A program made the translations under genes and the position numbers. A DNA stretch of 64,000 nt from an uncultured Actinomycetes bacterium. Lineage in GTDB: Bacteria; Actinomycetota; Coriobacteriia; Anaerosomatales; CAVRZR01. The notes under the pieces were generated by a model. That model saw only the letters and a list, made by a program, of their open reading frames with translations. It did no database searches and was not told where the DNA came from. This document shows positions 1 to 9,805 of the stretch, one piece after another. The stretch is from positions 553,354 to 617,353 of the forward strand of contig CAWEJW010000001.1 of assembly GCA_963809535.1 (NCBI GenBank). The letters run 5' to 3'. The stretch's first letter is position 1. Each line of letters begins with the position of its first letter.

Positions 1-55
1 AGTCCCTTGGCTCCGGCTGACGCCTCCGCACGACGAGCCACCTTCGGTGTTCGTC

Positions 56-82
56 TGCTCTGCCCAGCTGAGCTAACGGCCC
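56..82 (-). pseudogene. tRNA-Lys-like 5' half only (acceptor 5' strand plus D arm)
   Basis: Reverse complement reads GGGCCGTTAGCTCAGCTGGGCAGAGCA (acceptor GGGCCGT, D stem GCTC/GAGC). The sequence after it has no anticodon arm, T arm or ACGGCCC 3' strand. Confidence 0.5.
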
Positions 83-605
83 GATTACGGGTCCTATACG
101 GGTCCTTGGGAGACACGGATCCCGCGCCTGGCAGGGGGTTGAGGTGTCACTCCCGTCGATCTATGCGGGACGCCGTTCCCGTCGGGTGGTCATGCGATCA
201 GCAGCGGTCGCCGCTCGGTTCGGTGTCCCCTCGCGCCGTTGAGGGAGCGATGGCCCAGTCAGCGCCGGGCCCCTATCCGCTTTGATCGACAGGGCCGAGG
301 CGGCAGGAGAGGACTGGAAGGTTCTTCGCGCAGGTCTGTTCGGCGGGAGCCTCGATCGTTTCCAGGCCGCAGCCACACCCTATCTCGATATGGTCAAGAA
401 GCTGGGATGGTGGTAGTACCCGGTGGGCCGGTGCGATCGTCACACCGGGCACATGCGTAGACCGAGCTTCGTCCCGTGGGCCTGGTTCGCGAAAGAACAC
501 AGGTCACATACGTGACAACGCTCGTCTGCGGTTGACGCTCTGAGCGGCGGTCTTCCGGAGACACATAGTCCCAAGGTCACCTTTCGGGACCTGCGCCGGC
601 CACCC

Positions 606-986
606 TCAGCAAGTCACCTGGTGTGCGTGAGCCTGAGCTTTCTGGCCCCAATCCCCAAGCTCTCGCAGGACCTCCTTGAGATCCGCGCTCAGCTCGGTGA
701 GTGAGTACTCCACCCGAGGCGGTATCTCGTTGAACTGATGCCTCGAGACGAGCCCGTCGGCCTCGAGCTCCTTGAGGGTCTTCGACAGCATGAGGCTCGA
801 GATGCCGTCCACTCTGCGCTGCAGCTCGTTGAATCGCACCGACTCGGCGTGCGCGAGCTCCCACAAGACCTGGAACTTCCACTTCCCCTGCAAGATGCCT
901 AAGGCGTACTTGACCGGACAGTCGTCCATGAACCGCACCCGCTTTGCTCCAGCTGACCGAGTAAGGATGTACTGCGTACTTGTCAC
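606..986 (-). CDS. HxlR-family winged-helix transcriptional regulator
   Basis: 126 aa. Has CPVKYALGILQGKWKFQVLWEL..RFNELQR...IS...LSKTLKELEADGLV.R......PPRVEYSLT, typical of HxlR/MarR-like HTH proteins. Divergent from the adjacent oxidoreductase. Confidence 0.8.
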   Translation of the reverse strand: MTSTQYILTRSAGAKRVRFMDDCPVKYALGILQGKWKFQVLWELAHAESVRFNELQRRVDGISSLMLSKTLKELEADGLVSRHQFNEIPPRVEYSLTELSADLKEVLRELGDWGQKAQAHAHQVTC

Positions 987-1134
987 GATTGGGCGCTACG
1001 GAATACTTAGTACCTACGCAATCGTAACCGTGGCAGTGCTGGACGACAAGTCGAATATCGGCGTGTTCCAGCTCGAGGAGGCATTCGTGACCGAGACCGA
1101 TCAGAAGAACAAGAGGACCGTCGAGCAAGCTGAC

Positions 1135-2130
1135 ATGAAGGCATTCGTCGTCGAGAGATACAGCAAGGACGGTCTCCGTGCCGCCCGTGTGTCCGTGCCG
1201 ACCATCGGGCCTCGTGATGTCCTGGTCCGAGTGAAGGCCGCCAGCATCAACCCGCTCGACATGCTGATACGCGACGGCGCGTTCAAGCTGGTTCTGAAGT
1301 ACAAGATGCCGTTCGTCCTTGGACACGACGTCGCTGGTGTCGTGACGCAGGTCGGGGCCGACGTGCCGGACTACAAGGTCGGCGACGAGGTCTACGCCCG
1401 ACCTCGTGACCTTCGGATCGGAACCCTCGCGGAGTACATCGCCATCGACGACGCGGACATCGCCCTCAAGCCGAACTCGCTTACGATGGAGGAGGCGGCG
1501 GCGGTCCCGCTCGTGGCACTCGCCGCGTGGCAGATGCTCGTCGATGTGGCGAAGATCGAACCGGGGCAGAAGGTCCTCGTTCACGCAGGCGCCGGCGGAC
1601 TCGGCTCGACCGTCATCCAGCTGGCCAAGCATCTGGGCGCCTACGTCGCCACGACCGCACGTGGCAGCGACGAGGAGAAGGTTCGAGACCTCGGTGCCGA
1701 TGAGGTCATCGACTACACGAAGGCGGACTTCGCCGCGCTCCTGTCCGGATACGATGTCGTGATCGACTCCATCGGTGGCGATACCCTCACGAAGTCTCTC
1801 GCTGTGCTCAAGCGCGGCGGCCTCGCGATCAGCGCAGTCAGTCCGCCCGACGCTGCGTTCGCCGACCAGGTCGGCCACCCGGCACTGAAGCCTGTCATGG
1901 CGCTGATGAGCCGCAAGGTCCAGGCGCAGGCGAGGAAGTCAGGCGTGCGCCGCGTGTTCTTCTTCATGTGGGCCGATGGCGCCGAGCTGAAGACGTTGGC
2001 CGCTCTCTACGATGCAGGCACCTTGCGTCCGGTGCTCGACCGCACCTTCCCGTTCGACGAGACGCCTGATGCGATGGCGTATGTGGACGAGGGGCGTGCG
2101 AAGGGCAAAGTCGTCGTCACCGTGCCTTAG
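1135..2130 (+). CDS. zinc-type alcohol dehydrogenase / NADPH:quinone oxidoreductase family protein
   Basis: Start taken at MKAFVVERY (ATG 1135) inside the longer ORF 772..2130. Has MDR-family blocks VLVRVKAASINPLD, LGHDVAGVV and the Rossmann motif VLVHAGAGGLGS. Confidence 0.8.
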   Translation: MKAFVVERYSKDGLRAARVSVPTIGPRDVLVRVKAASINPLDMLIRDGAFKLVLKYKMPFVLGHDVAGVVTQVGADVPDYKVGDEVYARPRDLRIGTLAEYIAIDDADIALKPNSLTMEEAAAVPLVALAAWQMLVDVAKIEPGQKVLVHAGAGGLGSTVIQLAKHLGAYVATTARGSDEEKVRDLGADEVIDYTKADFAALLSGYDVVIDSIGGDTLTKSLAVLKRGGLAISAVSPPDAAFADQVGHPALKPVMALMSRKVQAQARKSGVRRVFFFMWADGAELKTLAALYDAGTLRPVLDRTFPFDETPDAMAYVDEGRAKGKVVVTVP

Positions 2131-2338
2131 CTGATGAGCGCCCGCAAGACATACGCGACAATGAACTTCGTTTCCACAGCTCAACCTGCTGACTTCTGTG
2201 CTTGCGGGCTTATGCAGACTGCCCATTCATTGTTCGACAGGCGGAGCAGAAGGGTACAGGCAGAGTGAGGGTGCTCAATAGTCCGTTCGACGGACAACAT
2301 GATCGCCGGGGCGTTCGACGTCATTGATTGGAGCCACG

Positions 2339-3004
2339 ATGACCTCACTGCGGAAGACCTCGTTAGTCGCGGGTCTGTTCTACCTGCTTACGTTTGTCTC
2401 GATCCCGACCCTTGGCCTCTACAGTTCAGTGCGCGGTTCTGGCTTCATAGTGGGCCCCGGCCCGGACACTCCGGTCATCGTGGGGGCCATCCTGGAGATG
2501 ATCGTGGCCCTCGCCGGTATCGGCACCGCCGTGGTGCTCTACCGGGTAGTCAAGCGACAGGGACAAGCGCGCGCACTAGGCTTCGTCGCATCGCGGACTC
2601 TGGAGGCCGCCTCGATCACCGTTGGTGCCGCCACCCTCCTGTCGATGGTGACCTTGCGGCAGGCCGGGCTAGGAGACGCTGCGTTGGTCACCGGCCAGGC
2701 GCTTGCTGCTCAGTACACTTGGATGTTCCACTTGAGCCAGAGCTTCATCCCCATCGTGAACGCTATTCTGCTTGGGTCCCTGCTCTACCAGTCGCGCCTG
2801 GTGCCACGGGCTCTTCCTGTGTTGGGGTTCATCGGAGCGGCTCTGCTCCTCGCTGCTTGGTTTGCCGTGCTGTTCGGGCTCATCGACAGAGCAGCCGCGC
2901 CGGCGGCTGTCGCCGGCCTCACGATCGCGGCGTGGGAGTTCTCACTGGGCGTCTACCTGACCTTCTGGGGCTTCAAGCCGTCTCCCATCACTGCTGACAT
3001 GTGA
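2339..3004 (+). CDS. DUF4386-like integral membrane protein
   Basis: Several hydrophobic helices with an N-terminus LRKTSLVAGLFYLLTFVSIP typical of DUF4386. ATG 2339 follows GGAG at about 2328. Confidence 0.6.
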   Translation: MTSLRKTSLVAGLFYLLTFVSIPTLGLYSSVRGSGFIVGPGPDTPVIVGAILEMIVALAGIGTAVVLYRVVKRQGQARALGFVASRTLEAASITVGAATLLSMVTLRQAGLGDAALVTGQALAAQYTWMFHLSQSFIPIVNAILLGSLLYQSRLVPRALPVLGFIGAALLLAAWFAVLFGLIDRAAAPAAVAGLTIAAWEFSLGVYLTFWGFKPSPITADM

Positions 3005-3113
3005 GGTGCTTCGCAGTCGGCGTGCACCAGTACGTGACGGTGAAGTAGGACTTCAGCGGGTGAGACATACGTGACAACAGAGCCCATCCTGTAGGCTTGA
3101 CCTGCGCTTATGC

Positions 3114-3164
3114 TCGGACTCTTAATCCCAAGGTCATAGGTTCGATCCCTATACGGCCCACCAA
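3114..3164 (+). pseudogene. tRNA-Lys(CUU) 3' fragment (anticodon loop, variable region, T arm, acceptor 3' strand, CCA) without a 5' half
   Basis: CTCGGACTCTTAATCCCAAGGTCATAGGTTCGATCCCTATACGGCCCACCA. It has the T arm ATAGG-TTCGATC-CCTAT and a loop CTCTTAA with anticodon CTT. No GGGCCGT acceptor partner or D arm in the 80 nt upstream. Confidence 0.6.
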
Positions 3165-3354
3165 CGAAGACAAGGGTCGGTCCCGCAAAGGTGACCGGCC
3201 TGTATGTGGAAGAGCGTCCCCTCGTGATCCTCGCTGGCTGTGACGTTTCTGGCGCAGGCTGCTAGGCTTGCGTTGCGGGACCTTCGCGGGGGGTAGGTAC
3301 TAGTGAGGGCCCGGGGATTGGCCCGATTTCGAGCATGAGGGGGGCGTGGCGAAG

Positions 3355-3870
3355 ATGAGGCTAAGGGTTCTCTGCGTTCTGTGCGTGGCAGCGCTCGTTC
3401 TGGTGCCGCTGACCGGATGCCAGGTCGCGGCGAAGAAGGCGGCGGAGAAGGCCACGGGCGTCGAGGTCAACCAGGACCAGAGCAAGGTTACGGTCACGGG
3501 CAAGGACGGCGAGAAGGTCGAGATCCAGGGCGGAGACGACGCTTCGCTTCCCGACGGCTTCCCCCAGGACGTCCCAGTGTATAAGGATGCCACCGTCAAG
3601 ATGGGCAATAGCATCACGTCCGAAGGCAAGACCACGTACTCGGCCATACTCCAAACCGGCGATGACGTTAATACCGTAAGCGCGTGGTACAAGGACGCTC
3701 TGCCCAAGGAGGGCTGGACCCTCGAGGGCGATATGTCCAGCAACTCGAACGGCAAGACCACCACGGTCATCGGCGCGAAGAAGGGCACCGCGTCACTCAA
3801 CGTGACAGTCCTCGGGCCGGACGATGACTCGAAGACCACGATCAGCCTTACTGTGGCGCCGACGTCCTGA
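3355..3870 (+). CDS. secreted lipoprotein, function unknown
   Basis: Signal peptide ending in the lipobox LTGC (MRLRVLCVLCVAALVLVPLTGCQ). ATG 3355 sits about 10 nt after a GAGGGGGG stretch. Confidence 0.65.
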   Translation: MRLRVLCVLCVAALVLVPLTGCQVAAKKAAEKATGVEVNQDQSKVTVTGKDGEKVEIQGGDDASLPDGFPQDVPVYKDATVKMGNSITSEGKTTYSAILQTGDDVNTVSAWYKDALPKEGWTLEGDMSSNSNGKTTTVIGAKKGTASLNVTVLGPDDDSKTTISLTVAPTS

Positions 3871-4030
3871 GCGGAGCGGAGACGGAGAACCGACTCCGCC
3901 TTCCAGCTGCTGGGCAACGAAGGAGACGCTTCGGCCGGCCGCTGGAGCGCCGGACGTTCGTCTAAGCGTGGAGTGTTCTGATCCCAGCGGGGGGAGGCGA
4001 ACGGCCTTCGCGCGGACATGTGAGGTTGCG

Positions 4031-5071
4031 GTGAAGATCGGACTCGTCGGCTTCGTCGGCTCAGGCAAGACCACGGTGTTCAACGCGATGACCGGTCTCG
4101 ACGTGCCCGTCGGCTATGGCGGCGGGGTGCGACTCGGAACCGTACGCGTGCCCGACGAGCGCATCGACCAGCTCTCCGGCATCTTCAACCCCAAGAAGAC
4201 GACCTACGCCGAGGTGACCTTCTGTGACGTGCCCGGCGAGCACGGGGCGGAACGCAGGGGCCTGTCGACACGGGCGCTCACGACGATCCGCGAGCAGGAG
4301 GCGCTCGCGCTCGTGCTTCGCGACTTCGAGGACGCGGCGGTCGAGGGCGACGCGGACCCCCTCCGAGACCTGAAAGCCTTCTCGGACGAGTGCATTCTGG
4401 CCGATCTTCAGCTTGTCGAGGGGCTGCTGACGCGGGCGCGAAAGGAGAACCTGCCGCCGGCCGACCGCGATCGCTTCGAGCGGATGCGGAGCGTCTTGGA
4501 GGATGGGAAGCCGTTGCGCACACTGTCGGCCGACGAACTCGATCGCGACTGCCTCAAGGGCTACCAGCTCCTGACGGACCGCCCGCTGCTCGTCGTCGTG
4601 AACCGCAACGAGGGCCGGGCCGCCGACTCGATACCCGACGACCTGGCAGCCCGCATCGATGAACTCGGGGCTGCGGGTCTGGCGCTCTCGGCGAGCGTCG
4701 AGGCGGAAATCGCCGCGCTCGATGCCGACGACCAAGCAGCCTTCCTCCAGGACCTGGGCCTTGCCGAGTCGGCGCTCGCGCGCTTCATCCGGACCGCCTA
4801 CGGACTCCTGGACCTCATCAGCTTCTTCACCGTTGGCGAGGACGAGGTGCGTGCGTGGACGATCACACGCGGGATGACCGCCCGCAAGGCCGCCGGGAAG
4901 ATCCACTCCGATCTCGAGCGCGGCTTCATCCGCGCCGAGGTCATTCCCTACGAGGTGTTCACCGAACATGGCAGCGAGCAGGCCGTCAAAGCGGCGGGAC
5001 TCTCCCAGACGGAGGGAAAGGAGTACGTCGTCGCCGACGGCGACATCATGAATGTTCGCTTCAACGTCTAG
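4031..5071 (+). CDS. ychF: YchF-type ribosome-binding ATPase/GTPase
   Basis: GTG 4031 gives VKIGLVGFVGSGKTTVFNAMTG (P-loop). The C-terminus FFTVGEDEVRAWTI..G..A.KAAGKIHSDLERGFIRAEVI...GKEYVV.DGDIMNVRFNV matches the YchF TGS-like domain. Confidence 0.8.
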   Translation: MKIGLVGFVGSGKTTVFNAMTGLDVPVGYGGGVRLGTVRVPDERIDQLSGIFNPKKTTYAEVTFCDVPGEHGAERRGLSTRALTTIREQEALALVLRDFEDAAVEGDADPLRDLKAFSDECILADLQLVEGLLTRARKENLPPADRDRFERMRSVLEDGKPLRTLSADELDRDCLKGYQLLTDRPLLVVVNRNEGRAADSIPDDLAARIDELGAAGLALSASVEAEIAALDADDQAAFLQDLGLAESALARFIRTAYGLLDLISFFTVGEDEVRAWTITRGMTARKAAGKIHSDLERGFIRAEVIPYEVFTEHGSEQAVKAAGLSQTEGKEYVVADGDIMNVRFNV

Positions 5072-5396
5072 CCGGCCGGAGCTGGGTCGGCTCGTCGTGG
5101 ACATGGAACGACCCGCTCGCGAGTATCCGTTGCGGGTCGCTCCTGGTGCGAATGGGTTCCGGGGTGACGAGTCCCCGAGCCCAGGTGCAGTCTGTATGCG
5201 CTCTAGCGACGTGAAGCCGTGTGAGCCCCCTCAACTGCCATTCTTCTCCGTCGAGTTCGACACGTAATCCCTCTACGGTATGAACCGCGCATATTCTCAC
5301 GCGGTGCGAAGCTCAGGCGAGTTGACCCTCCGCCGCGAACCTCGACGTTTGTTACACTATTGAGCCGCTATTGCATGCGGCAAAGCCGCACTTCTC

Positions 5397-5481
5397 GCGG
5401 GCGTGGCGGAACTGGCAGACGCGCCGGATTTAGGATCCGGTGAGGAAACTCGTGGAGGTTCGAGTCCTCTCGCCCGCACCA
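5397..5481 (+). tRNA. tRNA-Leu (anticodon TAG), long variable arm, encoded CCA
   Basis: GCGGGCG acceptor pairs with CGCCCGC. Anticodon stem CCGGA/TCCGG encloses loop TTTAGGA. Extra arm present, T loop GGTTCGAGTCC, terminal ACCA. Confidence 0.85.
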
Positions 5482-5521
5482 TCACTGCAGCGCAACGCAG
5501 GCCGTTTCCTGAGGAGGAAGC

Positions 5522-7000
5522 TTGTTGAAGACGAGCGTTGAGAAGCTCGAGGGAACGAATGTCAAACTCACGGTCACCGTTCCCGCCGAGGACGTCGACG
5601 AGGCGATCGACGGCGTATACGGCGCCGTTGCCGCGCGGGTGAAGATCCCGGGCTTTCGCAAAGGGAAGGCGCCGCGGCCGGTCATTGACTCGCACGTAGG
5701 GCGCGACTACATGCTGCAAGAGGCGACCGAGGCTGTCGTCAATAGTACGTATTCGCAGGCAGTGGATGCCGAAGGACTTCGGCCGATCGACTCGCCGGAG
5801 ATCGACGAGCTCGAGCCCGTCAAACCCGGCGAGGAGTTCACCTACGCGGCGCAGGTCGAGACGCGCCCCGAACTCTCGCTCGGTCCCTATGACGACATCA
5901 CCCTGGAGCTGCCGCCTTCAAAGGCAAGCGACCGCGAGATCGACGCACAGATCAACTACATGGCCGAGCGATTCGCCACTCTCGAGCCCGTCGCTGACCG
6001 CGGCGTGCAGGTCGACGACTTTGTGCTGGTCTCTTTCGTCGGCAAGGTCGACGGCGAGGAGTACGAAGGCAACACCGTCGACAAGTACCTGTACGAGATG
6101 AGCCGCGGCCTCATGCCCGCCGAGTTCGACACCGGGCTCATCGGCGTCAAGGCCGCCGAAGAGACCCACATCGAGTTCCCGATCCCCGAGACCTCGTCAG
6201 AGCCCGACTACGTCGGACGCACGGCGAGCTTTGACGTGACGGTTCACGAGATCAAGGCCAAGGTGCTGCCTCCCATCGACGACGAGTTCGCGGCGAACGT
6301 TGGCGGGTTCGATTCGATCGAAGAGCTGAGGACCGACCTGCGCGAAAAGATGGATGCCCAGAAGGCGGTCGCCCATGAGCAGCTGATGGAGCGGGAGGCA
6401 CGCGGCGCTCTGGCGGCTCGCGTGGAGGGCGACGTCCCACCGGTCATGGTCGACAGCCGCGCCAATACGATGCTTCGTGACTTCGTATCCGGGCTCGAGT
6501 CGCGCGACACCTCGCTTGAGGACTACGTCCAGGCGACCGGAGTCTCTCCCGAACAGATCAAGACGGACGTGGAGGCGCAGGCGCTTCAATCCGTCCGCGA
6601 AGAACTCGCACTCGAGACCCTGTTCCGTGACCACGGTATGGAGGTCACCGAAGCCGACATCGAAGAAGAGCTCGCTCACGTCGCCAGCGAAGGCGAGGAG
6701 AAGACGACGCCCGAGGACCTTCGAAGGCGCTGGGAGGAAGCGGGCGTCATGTCCGCTGTGCGAGAGCAGATCATGCACAAGAAGGCCATGCTGTGGCTTC
6801 TGGACCATGTGACTGTCACCGAGAAGGTCGATACTGCCGGCGGAGAGACGGCTTCTGGGAAAGCTGCCAAGAAGCCAGCGAAGAAGCCCGCCAAGAAGCG
6901 GGCAACGAAGAAGAAGACGGCGGAGTCTGCCGATGTGGATGCGGCCGTCGTGAGCGACGCCGCCGCAGGCGATTCGGCCAACGAGACACTTGGAGAGTGA
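5522..7000 (+). CDS. tig: trigger factor
   Basis: 492 aa. N-terminus [24 protein letters not shown]...[11 protein letters not shown] is the trigger-factor signature. Acidic/lysine-rich tail. Lies upstream of clpP-clpX. Confidence 0.9.
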   Translation: MLKTSVEKLEGTNVKLTVTVPAEDVDEAIDGVYGAVAARVKIPGFRKGKAPRPVIDSHVGRDYMLQEATEAVVNSTYSQAVDAEGLRPIDSPEIDELEPVKPGEEFTYAAQVETRPELSLGPYDDITLELPPSKASDREIDAQINYMAERFATLEPVADRGVQVDDFVLVSFVGKVDGEEYEGNTVDKYLYEMSRGLMPAEFDTGLIGVKAAEETHIEFPIPETSSEPDYVGRTASFDVTVHEIKAKVLPPIDDEFAANVGGFDSIEELRTDLREKMDAQKAVAHEQLMEREARGALAARVEGDVPPVMVDSRANTMLRDFVSGLESRDTSLEDYVQATGVSPEQIKTDVEAQALQSVREELALETLFRDHGMEVTEADIEEELAHVASEGEEKTTPEDLRRRWEEAGVMSAVREQIMHKKAMLWLLDHVTVTEKVDTAGGETASGKAAKKPAKKPAKKRATKKKTAESADVDAAVVSDAAAGDSANETLGE

Positions 7001-7004
7001 CCAT

Positions 7005-7661
7005 ATGAGCGATTCCGGTATCACGACACCAAGGGCGCTTGTTCCTATTGTCGTTGAGCAGACGGCGAGAGGGGAGCGCAGCTTCGACATCTACTCGCGG
7101 CTACTCAACGAGCGGATCGTGTTCCTCGGACACGAGATCGATGATGTCATCGCCAACCTCGTGATCGCGCAGATGCTGCACTTGGAGAGCGAGGATCCTG
7201 ACAAGGACATCAGCCTCTACATCAACTCGCCGGGTGGTTCGGTCACGGCGGCGCTCGCCATCTACGACACGATGCAGTTCATCCGTTGCGATGTCGCGAC
7301 GATCTGCATCGGCCAGTGCGCGTCAGGCGCGGCCATCCTGCTCGCTTCGGGAGCCGCGGGTAAGCGTTCGGCACTTCCTAACAGCCGCGTCCTCATTCAC
7401 CAGCCATGGGGCGGGGCGCAAGGCCAGGTCACGGACATCGAGATCCAGGCCAAGGAACTGCTACGCACACGCGCCGCACTCGATACCATTCTCGCCAAGC
7501 ACACCGGCCAGACATGCGAGAAGATCCACGCGGACACCGAACGGGATAACATCATGACCGCGGAGGAAGCTCTGGCGTACGGATTGGTAGACAACGTCAT
7601 GGTCGACCGCGACACGCCGGTTGCGGTTGAGACCCAGAAGAAGAAGGCGGAGAAGAAGTAG
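7005..7661 (+). CDS. clpP: ATP-dependent Clp protease proteolytic subunit
   Basis: [23 protein letters not shown]...[25 protein letters not shown] and the active-site region G.CASGAA. ATG 7005 chosen inside ORF 6990..7661. Confidence 0.9.
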   Translation: MSDSGITTPRALVPIVVEQTARGERSFDIYSRLLNERIVFLGHEIDDVIANLVIAQMLHLESEDPDKDISLYINSPGGSVTAALAIYDTMQFIRCDVATICIGQCASGAAILLASGAAGKRSALPNSRVLIHQPWGGAQGQVTDIEIQAKELLRTRAALDTILAKHTGQTCEKIHADTERDNIMTAEEALAYGLVDNVMVDRDTPVAVETQKKKAEKK

Positions 7662-8945
7662 ATGCCTCGCAGTGACGGTAACGACCGCGGCGAGAGGACC
7701 GAGCGCGGCGACCAGCTGAAGTGCTCGTTCTGCGGCAAGAGCCAGCGGCAGGTCCGCAAGCTCATCGCCGGGCCGGGTGTCTACATCTGCGATGAATGCA
7801 TCGAGCTCTGCAACGACATCGTCGAAGACGAGCTCGCCGAAGACGCGCACGTTGCGCCGCTGCTGGACGAGCTGCCCACACCCCGCGAGATCTACGACGT
7901 CCTGAACGACTACGTCGTCGGCCAGGACCGCGCCAAGAAGGTCCTCTCGGTGGCCGTCTACAACCACTACAAGCGCATCCACACGGGACCCGTCAGTGCG
8001 GACGAGGTGGAGCTGGCGAAGAGCAACATCCTCATGATCGGTCCGACAGGCTGCGGCAAGACACTGCTCGCTCAGACCCTTGCGCGTGTGCTCAAGGTTC
8101 CATTCGCGATCGCCGACGCTACCGCGCTCACCGAGGCCGGCTATGTTGGCGAGGACGTCGAGAACATCTTGCTCAAACTCATCACCGCAGCTGACTTCGA
8201 CGTCAAGCGGGCTGAAGTCGGCATCATCTACATCGACGAGATCGACAAGATCGCTCGCAAGGCCGAGAACCTGTCGATCACGCGCGACGTCTCGGGCGAG
8301 GGCGTGCAGCAGGCGCTTCTGAAGATCCTTGAGGGCACCGAGGCCGCGGTCCCTCCACAGGGCGGCCGCAAGCATCCGCAGCAAGAGCTCATCCGCATAG
8401 ACACGACGAACGTGCTCTTCATCCTCGGCGGCGCGTTCGTCGACTTGGAGAAGATCGTCGCCGACCGGGTCGGGAAGAAGGGCGTCGGATTCCGCGCCGA
8501 CCTCACCGACGCGCACGGCCACAAGACGGGGGTGCTGTTCGGTCAAGTGCTGCCCGAGGACCTCCACAAGTACGGTCTCATCCCCGAGTTCGTCGGTCGC
8601 CTTCCGGTCATCACGCACGTCGAGGACCTCACCGAGGAGGACCTCGTGCGCATCCTCACCGAGCCGAAGAACGCGCTGGTCAAGCAGTATCAGCGCCTCT
8701 TCCGGCTCGAGGACGTGGAGCTCACGTTCACACCCGAGGCGCTCACCGAGGTTGCCGCCCAGGCGGTCAAGCACGGCACCGGGGCCCGCGGCCTGCGATC
8801 CATCCTCGAAGGACTGCTGTTGGACACGATGTACGACTTGCCGAGTGAGAGCGACATCGAGCAAGTCGTTGTCACCGAGGAGTGCGTGCGCGGCGAGACG
8901 ACGCCCACCGTCGTGCGACGCGGCATGGGCGAGGCAAGCGCGTAG
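7662..8945 (+). CDS. clpX: ATP-dependent Clp protease ATP-binding subunit ClpX
   Basis: N-terminal zinc ribbon [27 protein letters not shown], Walker [12 protein letters not shown] and [10 protein letters not shown]. Confidence 0.95.
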   Translation: MPRSDGNDRGERTERGDQLKCSFCGKSQRQVRKLIAGPGVYICDECIELCNDIVEDELAEDAHVAPLLDELPTPREIYDVLNDYVVGQDRAKKVLSVAVYNHYKRIHTGPVSADEVELAKSNILMIGPTGCGKTLLAQTLARVLKVPFAIADATALTEAGYVGEDVENILLKLITAADFDVKRAEVGIIYIDEIDKIARKAENLSITRDVSGEGVQQALLKILEGTEAAVPPQGGRKHPQQELIRIDTTNVLFILGGAFVDLEKIVADRVGKKGVGFRADLTDAHGHKTGVLFGQVLPEDLHKYGLIPEFVGRLPVITHVEDLTEEDLVRILTEPKNALVKQYQRLFRLEDVELTFTPEALTEVAAQAVKHGTGARGLRSILEGLLLDTMYDLPSESDIEQVVVTEECVRGETTPTVVRRGMGEASA

Positions 8946-9157
8946 CACCCAGGCGGCCGGGCCCAGGGGTCCGGCGCTCAGACAGTCCTCGGCGGGGCCC
9001 TCGGCGCTCGGTCGCGCCACCGGCGCGCCCTCGCGCTTTCCCCGCGTGCGGAACTCGCCGGACGACCCCCGCCCCCCGGCCGCACGCCAGTGTCTACGGA
9101 TCGACTCGTGTTTGGACTGCGGCCGGACGCCGGGAAGACCCCCCACACTTCCAGCAT

Positions 9158-9283
9158 GAACCGCCCAAGCTGATGGACCAGCTTCGGGAGGCGCTCGGTT
9201 CCCACCACTACAGCCGCCGAAGCGAGCAAGCCTACTGCCTCTGGGTACGATGCTTCATCCGCTTCCACAACATGCGGCATCCG
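9158..9283 (+). pseudogene. intI: integron integrase (IntI-type tyrosine recombinase) N-terminal remnant, about 42 codons
   Basis: Translation [42 protein letters not shown] parallels IntI1 [37 protein letters not shown]. Similarity ends at 9283 and the catalytic domain is absent. Confidence 0.7.
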
Positions 9284-9335
9284 CTCGTGGACGTACACGG
9301 ACTGCATAATCTATTGTTAGGCGCATCGGGGGGCT

Positions 9336-9797
9336 GTGAACGTGAGCAACCATGAGTGGACACCGGTCACCTTCGAGCACTGCGAGCACGTCGAGGGACC
9401 CTTCTACCACGGAACGAAGTCCGTGCTGAAGCTGGGCGATGAGCTTATCCCCGGTTTCGGCTCCAACTTCCAGGAACGCAGGGTCTCCAACAACATCTAC
9501 TTTTCCGCGCTGGTGGACACCGCCGCCTGGGGAGCGGAGCTGGCGACGGCGCTGGAGGGGAGCGGGGGACCGGGACACATCTACATCGTCGAACCTCTTG
9601 GTTCCTTCGAGGATGACCCCAACGTCACCAACAAGAGATTCCCCGGCAATCCCACCGAATCCTACCGCACCCGGGAGCCGCTTCGAGTCGTCGGCGAGGT
9701 CGAGGACTGGGAGGGGCACAGCCCCGACGTGATTCGGGGGATGCTGGACCATCTGGCACAGCTCCGGGAGCATGGGCTGGACGTCATCGAGGACTAG
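9336..9797 (+). CDS. arr: rifampin ADP-ribosyltransferase (Arr family)
   Basis: Full-length resemblance to Arr-2/Arr-3: [70 protein letters not shown] and C-terminal GL.VIED. Start is GTG 9336 or ATG 9352, 14-30 nt after GTTAGGC. Confidence 0.85.
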   Translation: MNVSNHEWTPVTFEHCEHVEGPFYHGTKSVLKLGDELIPGFGSNFQERRVSNNIYFSALVDTAAWGAELATALEGSGGPGHIYIVEPLGSFEDDPNVTNKRFPGNPTESYRTREPLRVVGEVEDWEGHSPDVIRGMLDHLAQLREHGLDVIED

Positions 9798-9805
9798 GGA
9801 CACCG

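Noticed and set aside
1-82. Possible intact minus-strand tRNA at the window edge
   Set aside because: Only the acceptor 5' strand and D arm are present. The following 55 nt contain no anticodon arm of normal geometry, no GTTCGA T loop and no ACGGCCC 3' strand.
83-600. Structured ncRNA (RNase P RNA, tmRNA, riboswitch) in the 500-nt ORF-poor region
   Set aside because: None of the hallmark motifs I know (RNase P GAGGAAAGTCCGGGC, the tmRNA tRNA-like ends, common riboswitch cores) is present on either strand. One frame (about 243-415) reads like a protein C-terminal fragment (..LIDRAEAAGEDWKVLRAGLFGGSLDRFQAAATPYLDMVKKLGWW*). The region is more likely decayed coding or rearranged DNA, but I cannot assign it.
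577-1878. 433-aa ORF on the minus strand
   Set aside because: It is antisense to the well-supported oxidoreductase and overlaps hxlR in another frame. Arg/Gly/Asp-rich composition typical of spurious open frames in GC-rich DNA, with no recognisable motifs.
7461-9146. 561-aa minus-strand ORF
   Set aside because: Antisense to clpX, with no family resemblance. A GC-rich antisense artefact.
8882-9355. 157-aa plus-strand ORF taken as one gene
   Set aside because: Only residues 93-134 resemble anything (the IntI N-terminus). The N-terminal part is Arg/Pro-rich read-through of the clpX downstream region, and the end crosses the GTTAGGC junction into the arr cassette.
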